Below, one piece after another: positions 34,815-41,829 of a stretch of DNA of 41,829 nt (position 1 is the stretch's first letter; every line of letters starts with the position of its first letter). The translations under genes and the position numbers were made by a program. The notes beneath the pieces are model-generated. The model saw only the letters and a program-made list of their open reading frames with translations. It had not been told where the DNA came from and searched no databases. Source of the stretch: a virus (Duplodnaviria > Caudoviricetes); IMG/VR virus record IMGVR_UViG_3300006169_000020, positions 1 through 41,829 of that record. One strand, 5' to 3'.

Positions 34815-35222
34815 TCAGGCGGGCGCGGACAGGGACAGCGCGGTAATGTCGACCTGGACACCAACGCTGATCGTGGTCGTGGCCAGCTGCAGGTCACCAC
34901 CACCACCGGTCGCGGTCACGGACCCGTCGTAGACGTTGTCGCCCGAGGCGTCCTCGATGCGGAACCAGCCGGCAGTGCCGGCGGCGACACCCGTCACAGC
35001 GGGCGGGTCACCGGCGTTTGCGGTCCCGGACGACGCAGCACCGAACGAGGGATCCGTCAGGTTCACGGTCGCCAGCAGCGTCCCGGTCTCGGCGGCATCA
35101 CCGTTGGCCGGCTGCGAGCCGGTGAAGATCTTCAGGGTGCCGGCGCCAGCATCGGCGTCGATCAACGCCGTGACGGCGTTGACCATCGCGTTACGGGCAG
35201 CGGTAGACGGACGGATCGCCAT
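34815..35222 (-). CDS. Putative virion structural protein (fibre base/decoration type)
   Basis: ARNAM...GAGTLKIFTGSQPA...GTLLA...GTAGWFRI...DGSV...GGGGDL pattern recalled from phage structural modules; AGGAG RBS. Confidence 0.65.
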   Translation of the reverse strand: MAIRPSTAARNAMVNAVTALIDADAGAGTLKIFTGSQPANGDAAETGTLLATVNLTDPSFGAASSGTANAGDPPAVTGVAAGTAGWFRIEDASGDNVYDGSVTATGGGGDLQLATTTISVGVQVDITALSLSAPA

Positions 35223-35225
35223 GGT

Positions 35226-35333
35226 TCAGGTCTCCTTGCGGAATCGGTTGCCGAGGTGGATGAGGCGCAGCCCGACGTCGAGCAGCGCGAGGAAGAAGGC
35301 GAGCAGCAGCCGGTCCGTCGCCGTCGACGGCAT
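35226..35333 (-). CDS. Small hydrophobic peptide (lysis cassette)
   Basis: 35 aa MPSTATDRLLLAFFLALLDVGLRLIHLGNRFRKET; ATG overlaps the holin stop. Confidence 0.45.
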   Translation of the reverse strand: MPSTATDRLLLAFFLALLDVGLRLIHLGNRFRKET

Positions 35334-35659
35334 CAGTGCGAGTCGGGGTCCCAGATCTGCACCGGAGGCGGCGGCTCGGCAGCGACGCTCGGGGCTCGCC
35401 GGCGCAGGAACTCCTCGACCTGACGGATGGCCATCACCCGCGTCACGATCGCCGCGAGCGCGACGACGGCTGCGGAGGCGGCGAGGAGGATGACGCGGAT
35501 CCGTTCGGGCATGGCCTGGCCGGTCTCCTCGAGGACGATCTTCACGACCTCGGGGACGACGACACCCAGGACGATGACGGCGGCGACGGCCGTTTGCAGG
35601 GTGGTGCGGAGGGTGGTGCGCCATGGGCGCTTGACCTGGGTGGGTTCGGTGGTGGGCAC
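35333..35659 (-). CDS. Holin
   Basis: Two TM helices, TQVKRPWRTTLRT N-terminus and TRVMAI..VEEFL motif; follows the endolysin. Confidence 0.75.
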   Translation of the reverse strand: MPTTEPTQVKRPWRTTLRTTLQTAVAAVIVLGVVVPEVVKIVLEETGQAMPERIRVILLAASAAVVALAAIVTRVMAIRQVEEFLRRRAPSVAAEPPPPVQIWDPDSH

Positions 35660-35701
35660 GGGTGTGCTCCTTCCGGTGGAAGTGGACGGGAGGGGGAGGG
35701 G

Positions 35702-36763
35702 TCAGGAGTCGACGGAGCCGATGACCTTGCGGAGGACGCGCTCGAGCTGCTCGTCGGTGACGACGGTTGGCTGGGCGGGTGCGATCTTGGCGACCTGTGC
35801 CTTGACCTCGGCGACGGCCTTCGCGACCGCGACGATGTCGCGGCTGGCGACGATGGCCTGGGCGGCTGCGGCCGCGGCCTTGGCGGCGGTCTGCTCGAGC
35901 ACGTAGGACGCGGCGACCCGGGGGGCGGTGTCCGGGTTGGTGGCGAATGGGTTCTTCATGACCGCCGCGCCTGTCAGGATCAGCTTGGCGTCGTCGTCGG
36001 TGAGGGGCATGTCGTCCTCCTTGGAGTTCGGGCCGGCCTTGAGGAGTGCGGCCACGTCGTTGCGGATGGTGGTGAGGGAGTAGGGCACGCCGGACTTGCC
36101 GTTGCCGGCGCCGAGGTCCCACTTGCCCTCGTAGCTGGTGGTGGCGTGCAGGCCGAGCTCGGCCACGGTCGCGCCGCCCATCTCGGGGGCGTCGAGGATG
36201 GCCGCGGTGGAACGGATCACGGCGTCGTACTGGGCCTTGGGCATCTGTTGGGTGCCGCTGGTCTGGACCTCGTTGCCGATCAGCTGGGTGTTGCCGTCGC
36301 CGGCGGGGATCTTGCCCAAGGCCTTCATGCGGCCGGCGTGGTTGGCGCGACCGGCAGCGACGATCGTGGTGACGCCGTCATAGCCGGTGCTGACCTGGCA
36401 CAGCGGGCCGGGCAGGTCCGACCGGCCGTCGGTGACGGTGCGCAGTGCACCGTTCGGGTTCGTCGCCGAGCTCGTCGACCCGGTGTGGTGGATCAGGACG
36501 CCCTTGGGGTTGAACCCGCCCGAGGACGGTGGGCGGCCGCGGGTCTGCCACCCGGCGACGACCCGGTACTTCACGCCCCACTCCTTGAACTGCCGCTCGA
36601 TCCACGTGGCCGGGTGCTGACCGGGGCCGACGAGCCCGAACGCGGTCACGGCGTCCGGGTCGACGTCCTCGCACGGGTCGAAGTCGTCGACGTCGTCCGG
36701 CAGGTCGGCCGGGTCGAGGACCTCCGGCTCGTCGACGTCGGGGAAGGGCTGCTCGGTGCTCAC
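35702..36763 (-). CDS. Endolysin, N-acetylmuramoyl-L-alanine amidase
   Basis: GWQTRGR, LIHHT, GRSDLPGPLC, AAGRANHAG, IGNE, LH and KWD Amidase_2 motifs. Confidence 0.9.
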   Translation of the reverse strand: MSTEQPFPDVDEPEVLDPADLPDDVDDFDPCEDVDPDAVTAFGLVGPGQHPATWIERQFKEWGVKYRVVAGWQTRGRPPSSGGFNPKGVLIHHTGSTSSATNPNGALRTVTDGRSDLPGPLCQVSTGYDGVTTIVAAGRANHAGRMKALGKIPAGDGNTQLIGNEVQTSGTQQMPKAQYDAVIRSTAAILDAPEMGGATVAELGLHATTSYEGKWDLGAGNGKSGVPYSLTTIRNDVAALLKAGPNSKEDDMPLTDDDAKLILTGAAVMKNPFATNPDTAPRVAASYVLEQTAAKAAAAAAQAIVASRDIVAVAKAVAEVKAQVAKIAPAQPTVVTDEQLERVLRKVIGSVDS

Positions 36764-36924
36764 TGGCGCCTCCGCTTCTCCAGCTGGGTGATGAGGGCTG
36801 TCACGTCCGAGTGGACGGACCAGAACGCTTGGGCTGCCTCGCTGCGGCCGATGGCCTGCGCAGCCATGGCACGGGCTGCGAGCGCGCCGCGGAGCAGCCG
36901 CAGGGCGGCGATGCTGCGGTTCAC
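36760..36924 (-). CDS. Small hypothetical protein
   Basis: 54 aa filling the gap; stop coupled to the endolysin GTG. Confidence 0.45.
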   Translation of the reverse strand: MNRSIAALRLLRGALAARAMAAQAIGRSEAAQAFWSVHSDVTALITQLEKRRRQ

Positions 36925-36928
36925 GCGG

Positions 36929-37378
36929 TCAGTCGAGGTCGGCGGGGTCGTAGCTGGGCAGTGGTGGTGGGGCGGACTCGCGGCGGATCGTCTCCCACTG
37001 GTCGTGCAGGTTCCGGCCCCACTCCGACCAGGCGTGGACGACGCTGCGGAGGGCGTTCAGGCGGCGGTCCTGCTCCCGGGAGTGGCGGTAGAGCTCGGTG
37101 ACCTTCCCGGTGGCCCGGGCGGCCTCGTGGTGCGCTTCCTCGGCTCGCCGGTCAGCCGCGGCCGCGTCCTCCTGCGCCTGCCGTGCCGCGGCTCGGGCGT
37201 CGGCTGTGAGCTCTTTCCACTCGGCGACAGCGGCGATCAGCTGCTGCGCCCCGTTGGTGACACCGGCGCTCTCCGCGGCGCCGCGGCGCTCGAGCCGCTT
37301 CGTGAGGTACAGGCCGGCGGCGGTCACCGCTGAGACGACGACGGCCCCTGCAGCCGTGATCAGCTCAGCTGAGGCCAT
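36929..37378 (-). CDS. Membrane-anchored coiled-coil protein (lysis cassette)
   Basis: N-terminal TM helix, long coiled coil, Pro-rich end. Confidence 0.7.
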   Translation of the reverse strand: MASAELITAAGAVVVSAVTAAGLYLTKRLERRGAAESAGVTNGAQQLIAAVAEWKELTADARAAARQAQEDAAAADRRAEEAHHEAARATGKVTELYRHSREQDRRLNALRSVVHAWSEWGRNLHDQWETIRRESAPPPLPSYDPADLD

Positions 37379-37817
37379 CTGGCTTGCCTCCCGTGTCCCG
37401 GAGCAGGTCGTGGAGGTCCTGCACCGTGGTGTCCTGCCGTTCGGACGCGACGTACAGCACGACCCCGATCAGGGCGATGTGGAAGGCGGCGCTGTACCAG
37501 CCCTCGGCATACCCCGGCGGTGGGCCCGGGACGACCGCCATCAGCCACGCCCACAGGTACGAGAAGACCTGCACCAGCGGCATCGCGTTCAACGACACGA
37601 ACGCCCAGCTGCGCAGCCCGGGTACGAACGCGGCCGCGAGCGCGAGGAGGGCTGGGGCGAGCCACATCCACCCCCGGATCTCGGTCGGGATGAGGAGGTG
37701 GATGGCCGAGTTCGGTCGGTTGCTGACGCCTTGGAACACGCCGCGGCCGATGAGGCCCCACACGATCGCGCACAGAAGGAGGCCGTAGCCCTTGTGGTCC
37801 AACCTGCTCCGGGACAT
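37365..37817 (-). CDS. Four-TM membrane protein (lysis cassette)
   Basis: Four hydrophobic segments; AAGGAG RBS. Confidence 0.72.
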   Translation of the reverse strand: MSRSRLDHKGYGLLLCAIVWGLIGRGVFQGVSNRPNSAIHLLIPTEIRGWMWLAPALLALAAAFVPGLRSWAFVSLNAMPLVQVFSYLWAWLMAVVPGPPPGYAEGWYSAAFHIALIGVVLYVASERQDTTVQDLHDLLRDTGGKPDGLS

Positions 37818-37851
37818 GGGGCTCCTTCGGTGGGGTGCGCTGCGGCCGCCG

Positions 37852-38763
37852 TCAGGCGGCTCCGGCGATGTAGGCGGCGAGGATGTAGTTGCCGTGCCGG
37901 TCGAGGTTTCCTCGGGCTCGGTCGTACCTGGCGGTCATCCGCGGGTCGGAGTGGCGGGCGGCGATCTGCACGTCTCGCAGCGGCACACCGGCGTCGAGAC
38001 AGTTGGTGACGAACGCGTGCCGCAGCGAGTGTGGGCTGATCGGCTTGTCGATGCCGGCGGCCTTGGCCATGCGCTTGACGACCCGGTCGGCTGCGCGCCG
38101 GTCCATCCGGTGCCCGTCGGGACGGAGGAGCAGCGGTCCGGTCGTGCGGTCGCCGGCGGCGACGTCGAGGGTCCGCGCCACGGGGATCGGCAGGGGGATA
38201 GTGGCCGGCTTGCCACCCTTCCCGGTCACGGTGAGGGTGCGGTGGCCGCGGACCTCACCATGGGTGTGCTCGATGTCGACTGCGCATGCCTCTGACACGC
38301 GCAGTCCGAGGAGGCCGAGGAGGGTGACCAGTGCCGCGTCGCGGGGAGACGACGCGCGCGCGGCCTGGACGATCGCGCCGAGCTCCATCCGGTCCAGGCC
38401 GAGGGTCTTCGTCTCGTCCTTGAACAGGCGGGGCAGGCGCAGGTGCTCGGCCGGGTTGATGTCGACGTAGCGGTCGATCGCGGCCAGCCGGAAGAACCCG
38501 CGGAGAACGGTCAGCCGACGGTGCACGGTGGCTGGGCAGTTGCCGCGGTCGGTCTCGAGGTGGCGGCCATACAGCTCGAGGTGTGGGCGCCCCACCGTCA
38601 GCGGGTCCAGCTGATGCTCTGCACACCAGGCGAAGAACAGCCGAAGGTCGAGGGCGTATGCCGTGAAGGTGGCGCCGGAGTAGCGGGCAAGGTACCCGGC
38701 GGCGGCCATCTCCGCCCGAGTCATCGTCGGGCTGGCGGACAGGGTCAGGGTAGCGTTGTGCAC
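37852..38763 (-). CDS. Tyrosine recombinase, Xer/Cre-type (no arm-binding domain)
   Basis: 303 aa; core-binding domain (AYALDL...PATVHRRL) and full catalytic set: R (GLRVSE), K (GKGGK), HxxR (HSLRH), H (ARHSD), Y (TARYD). Confidence 0.93.
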   Translation of the reverse strand: MHNATLTLSASPTMTRAEMAAAGYLARYSGATFTAYALDLRLFFAWCAEHQLDPLTVGRPHLELYGRHLETDRGNCPATVHRRLTVLRGFFRLAAIDRYVDINPAEHLRLPRLFKDETKTLGLDRMELGAIVQAARASSPRDAALVTLLGLLGLRVSEACAVDIEHTHGEVRGHRTLTVTGKGGKPATIPLPIPVARTLDVAAGDRTTGPLLLRPDGHRMDRRAADRVVKRMAKAAGIDKPISPHSLRHAFVTNCLDAGVPLRDVQIAARHSDPRMTARYDRARGNLDRHGNYILAAYIAGAA

Positions 38764-38787
38764 GGTCGTCTCCCAGATAGCAGCTGG

Positions 38788-38838
38788 TGAGGCGGCAAGG
38801 TCCCCGTCAGCGTTGCAGCGCTGGTGGGGACCGCCTCA
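38788..38838. promoter_or_regulatory. Stem-loop in the recombinase leader; candidate -10 TAGCGT at 38859-38854
   Basis: TGAGGC..GGTCCCCGTCAGCG / CGCTGGTGGGGACCGCCTCA inverted repeat. Confidence 0.5.
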
Positions 38839-38882
38839 TTTCTGACCCGGGTGACGCTACGCGCGGGCTCTGACAGGTGGGT

Positions 38883-38903
38883 GATAACCGGCAGTTACGG
38901 GCT
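38883..38903. other. Candidate tyrosine-recombinase (dif-like) site overlapping the tailspike stop codon
   Basis: GATAA-CCGGCAG-TTACGGGCT: inverted TAA/TTA inner arms around a 7-bp spacer, directly upstream of the recombinase promoter. Confidence 0.55.
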
Positions 38904-40740
38904 ACGTGGTGAAGACGGCGGGGTTCTCGAAGGTGACCAGGTCGACGCCGAGGAGGGTCGCAGAACCCGCCGTATCGGACCCACCACCTGTGCGCAGCAC
39001 CTCGACGTAGGCGATGTCCTCACCCCACGTCCCAGGGTCGGACTCCAGTACGAGCCGGTTGTAGCCGACGGTCGCAGCCAACGTCAGGTTCTTCTGCGTG
39101 CCGACCGTGGTGCCGGCCGCGCTGCGGCCTCGGACGGAGAGCACCATGTTGCCGGCGGTCGCGGGCAACTGGACGTGCAGCACGACCCGGGTGCGGCTGG
39201 AGACGTAGACCTTCTCGTCGGTGGCCTTCCCCCACGGGACGGCGAGCGTGGTGGTGACACCAGCAGGCAGCGCGGCGTTGAGGTACATGGCCCGGGTGGA
39301 CTTGCGGCCGAAGTAGTAGCACCCGTTGGAGAGCACCTGCGCCACCGGGGCGTCCGTGCGGATGAGGCCGACGTACCCGCGTGCCCGGACGGAGTCGCCG
39401 ACGTCGGCGACCGTGATCAGTGGGGTGGTGTTGCCGGAGTAGCCGCGGAACGAGACGCCGTCCTCGACGTTGAACCAGCGGACACGGCCGAGGTTGATCG
39501 CACCGTCCGGGCCGCCGGTGCCCTTGAGGAAGTACGAGCCAGCCTGCACGGTGATGGCTTGCGCGTTGCCGGCGGTGGACGCACCTGCCACACCCACGAT
39601 GTGGCCGCCGGTGTTGCCCTCGAAGTAGCCCTGGATGTTGAGCGCCTCGACTGAGGCGCCGATCCCGAGGCCGACGGCGTTGCCCTCGATGGCTGTGCCG
39701 AGGATGTTGACCTGCTTGGCGGTGTCCACCATGAGGCCGACGCTGCTGTTGTTCTGGATCTCCCCGCCGACGAGCGTGATGGAGTTCATGCCGGTGGAGA
39801 AGAGTGGCCCGGCCACGATCTCGATGCCCTTGACGCACCCCTGCACGATGGGGTTGACCATCGTCCCGACCCAGCAGTCCTCGATGCGGATGCCGGTACC
39901 GGTCGATCCGGTGACGTGGACATTGTCCATGTACCAGCGGGGTGCCCCGTTGGTCGCGCCGGCCTTGATGGTGATGGCCGGACCGGCGGTGCCGGTGCGG
40001 GAGACGGACAGGTCGCGCAGGGTCCACTTCGTCACCTGCTGGACCAGCATGGTGCACCCGGCGAAGGTGATCTTCGTGGACTGCGGTCCGGCGCCTTGTA
40101 TCACGACGTTGTCGGGGACGGTGAGGTCGCTGGTGACGGCGTGGGTGCCCACGGCGAGGCGGACTGTTCCGCCGCCGGAGCCGATGTCTGCGAGGGCTGC
40201 GGCGATGGTGGCCTTCGCGGTGCTGGCGGTCAGGCCCGGGCGGGAGTCGTTGCCGCCCGAGGCGACGTGCACGACCTTGGCCGTGCCCGTCTCATAGGTG
40301 GAATTAAGGGCTGTCCGGGTCTGGCTGCCCGAGGCGTTCACCGCGGTCGCGATCGCCGTGTCAGCGGGGGCGCCGACGAGGGCGGCGGAGTCTGCGGCTG
40401 CCTCAGCTGACGCGGCCGCCGAATCCGCGGCAGCAGCTGCGTCCCGGAGGAACTGCACCGGCAGCGCCTCGTAGCGGCGCCCGTTCGCGCCGACCGAGAA
40501 CGACGCCACCTTGACCGCGACCGGGACGCCGATGCCGTCGACCCAGCCGTCCTCGACCACAGCCGTGGTGACCGGGTTGCCGTCACGGTCGAGCAGGTCC
40601 GTGACCACGGTGTCGGTGTCCTCGTCCCACACCCACACCTCGGTGCGGTCGGCCTCGAACATGGCCACCCGGACGGCACGCGCCAGCATCGGGCCACCGC
40701 GCACCCACGTGTGGGTGGGAGGCATCACAGGCAGCGACAA
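38902..40740 (-). CDS. Tailspike / receptor-binding protein with right-handed beta-helix (putative depolymerase)
   Basis: TTG start with AGGAGG RBS. About 145-aa anchor plus Ala-rich linker, then GNDSRPG...AKATIAAAL...GGGTVRL...VVIQGAG (pectate-lyase-like start) and Gly/Asn/Ile beta-helix coils. Confidence 0.78.
   Translation of the reverse strand: MSLPVMPPTHTWVRGGPMLARAVRVAMFEADRTEVWVWDEDTDTVVTDLLDRDGNPVTTAVVEDGWVDGIGVPVAVKVASFSVGANGRRYEALPVQFLRDAAAAADSAAASAEAAADSAALVGAPADTAIATAVNASGSQTRTALNSTYETGTAKVVHVASGGNDSRPGLTASTAKATIAAALADIGSGGGTVRLAVGTHAVTSDLTVPDNVVIQGAGPQSTKITFAGCTMLVQQVTKWTLRDLSVSRTGTAGPAITIKAGATNGAPRWYMDNVHVTGSTGTGIRIEDCWVGTMVNPIVQGCVKGIEIVAGPLFSTGMNSITLVGGEIQNNSSVGLMVDTAKQVNILGTAIEGNAVGLGIGASVEALNIQGYFEGNTGGHIVGVAGASTAGNAQAITVQAGSYFLKGTGGPDGAINLGRVRWFNVEDGVSFRGYSGNTTPLITVADVGDSVRARGYVGLIRTDAPVAQVLSNGCYYFGRKSTRAMYLNAALPAGVTTTLAVPWGKATDEKVYVSSRTRVVLHVQLPATAGNMVLSVRGRSAAGTTVGTQKNLTLAATVGYNRLVLESDPGTWGEDIAYVEVLRTGGGSDTAGSATLLGVDLVTFENPAVFTT
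40293..40312. other. Candidate recombination site embedded in the tailspike coding sequence at the domain boundary
   Basis: Minus strand AGCCCTTAATTCCACCTATG (codons GCC CTT AAT TCC ACC TAT, ALNSTY). Shares AGCCC(T/G)TAA with the downstream site and uses T-ending codons that are rare in this genome. Confidence 0.45.
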
Positions 40741-40749
40741 GGGGTCCTC

Positions 40750-41565
40750 CTAGAAGCCGGTGGCGATCGTGCGGACGGGCGCGACGGTCACCGTCCCGGT
40801 GCCGGCGGTGACGCGGGCGTGGATCTGCAGGTGCATGTCGTTCGACATCGACCCGGGCAACGCCATCACCTCACCCACGGGCAGGGACACTTCCGTCCAC
40901 GTGGTCGTCCCGGCCGGGACGGCGATGGTGTGCACCAGGGGGAGGGACAGGAACCCGCCCAGGTAGGCGCCGCCGATCACGTCCCACACCTGGATCTCGG
41001 CCGCGGTGGTGGCGTCGGAGCACTGGACCATGAACAGGGGTCGCAGGGCGGGGTTCTGCCGGAACCCGCGGTGCTCATGCGTGGGGGCGAACGTCGCACT
41101 GGCGGTGGTCTGGGCGTTGTCGCTGTTGGCGTAGTCGACCGGGATGAACCGCAGCTCGAGGTGCGGGGCGTCGAACCCGGTCGGGGAGAGCAGCGCATCC
41201 CCACCGATCAGGGCGCCGGTGCGGTCCCGGATGAAGAAGACCTGCTGTTCGTCCGACGGGCCGAAGGGCTTGCGCATCTCCAGCGCAATGGTGCCGTCGG
41301 CGCGTCGAAGAACGAGGCCGCGGTCGCCGTGCTCCATGACGCCGAAGCGGAGTACCTCGACCAGGTCCTCGTTCAGCAGGACCACGTCACCGCCATCGAC
41401 GAGGAGGAGCCCGTTGTCCGGGATCGTGATCGACCCGGACTGCATGATCTGCTCGAGGTCGATCAGGGCGAGCCCGGTACCAGCCAGGGACGCCTTCTGC
41501 TCGAGCAACGCCACACGCCGGATGAGCTCGGTGATGATCTGCGCGAAGTCGCGGGGTGCCGGCAT
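40750..41565 (-). CDS. Minor tail protein
   Basis: 271 aa from a coupled ATG (MPAPRDFAQIITELIRRVALLEQK..., short coiled coil then beta-rich). Confidence 0.72.
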   Translation of the reverse strand: MPAPRDFAQIITELIRRVALLEQKASLAGTGLALIDLEQIMQSGSITIPDNGLLLVDGGDVVLLNEDLVEVLRFGVMEHGDRGLVLRRADGTIALEMRKPFGPSDEQQVFFIRDRTGALIGGDALLSPTGFDAPHLELRFIPVDYANSDNAQTTASATFAPTHEHRGFRQNPALRPLFMVQCSDATTAAEIQVWDVIGGAYLGGFLSLPLVHTIAVPAGTTTWTEVSLPVGEVMALPGSMSNDMHLQIHARVTAGTGTVTVAPVRTIATGF

Positions 41566-41829
41566 CAGAGCCCTTCCTCGGCGAGCGTGTTTGCGAGCTC
41601 GAGCTCGACGGTCGAGGTGGCGAGGTTCCAGGAGACCTTCAGGACGCGGCTGGTGAAGTCGAGCCGGCCGATCACGTTGTGGTCGGTGGTGACGTGCACC
41701 TGGTCCCCGACGCGACGCTGCTGCCCCCACCACCAGTCGGCGGAGACGACGGCCTTGACCGACCGGGCCGGGCGACGGTTCCGGGCCAGGGAGTTGTTCG
41801 CGCGGCCCTGGACGACGCCGGCGTTGGCC
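41565..41829 (-). CDS. Minor tail protein, 3' part of the junction-spanning gene starting at 937
   Basis: Open frame to TGA 41565-41567 (...VGDQVHVTTDHNVIGRLDFTSRVL...), in frame with the ATG at 937. Confidence 0.75.
   Translation of the reverse strand, partial: ANAGVVQGRANNSLARNRRPARSVKAVVSADWWWGQQRRVGDQVHVTTDHNVIGRLDFTSRVLKVSWNLATSTVELELANTLAEEGL
41744..41829 (+). repeat. Terminal direct repeat, right copy
   Basis: 82/86 identity to 1-86. Confidence 0.95.

Larger units (their letters stand above)
1..41829. mobile_element. Complete temperate actinobacteriophage (siphovirus) genome, circularly permuted assembly
   Basis: Full set of packaging, head, tail, lysis, integration, immunity and early genes, with no obvious host housekeeping genes. 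Ends overlap by 86 bp and a gene reads in frame across the join. WhiB, DUF3263, an Lsr2-like domain and very high GC point to an actinobacterial host. Confidence 0.95.

Noticed and set aside
37852-38763. Tyrosine recombinase as the phage integrase or a protelomerase
   Set aside because: It lacks an arm-binding domain, no tRNA-like att core or long perfect palindrome was seen nearby, it is too short for a protelomerase, and a serine integrase with attP sits in the immunity region.
37852-40740. Invertase-type tail-fibre shufflon
   Set aside because: No inverted alternative C-terminal cassettes or inverted crossover repeats were seen; the two candidate sites are in direct orientation around a single domain.

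Overview
This window appears to be one complete, circularly assembled genome (about 41.74 kb) of a temperate, high-GC actinobacterial siphovirus. The first 86 bp repeat the last 86 bp with 4 mismatches, and a minor-tail gene reads in frame across the join. Almost all genes are on the minus strand. The late arm runs HNH, TerS, TerL, portal, Clp-type protease/scaffold, cement protein, major capsid, head-tail connectors, major tail, frameshifting tail assembly chaperones, tape measure, Dit and minor tails. Across the junction it continues with a beta-helix tailspike, a Xer/Cre-type tyrosine recombinase, a lysis cassette and a post-lysis Gly-rich fibre-like module. The centre holds a large serine integrase next to an intact-looking attP dyad, two XRE-type repressors, and a cro/repressor switch with leaderless promoters. 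A long early operon follows (WhiB-HTH, two ParB-fold proteins, a clamp-like protein, an HNH-like replication protein, DUF3263). The most unusual signal is at the tailspike. Its C-terminal receptor-binding region is bracketed by two related dif-like sites, one written into the coding frame at the domain boundary in rare AT-rich codons and one overlapping the stop codon, with an intact tyrosine recombinase directly downstream. This suggests a recombinase-driven cassette exchange of receptor-binding domains (inference). A two-domain structured RNA with three UUCCCCCG loops also lies in the early operon leader. All product calls come from motif recognition and gene order by eye; no database searches were run.
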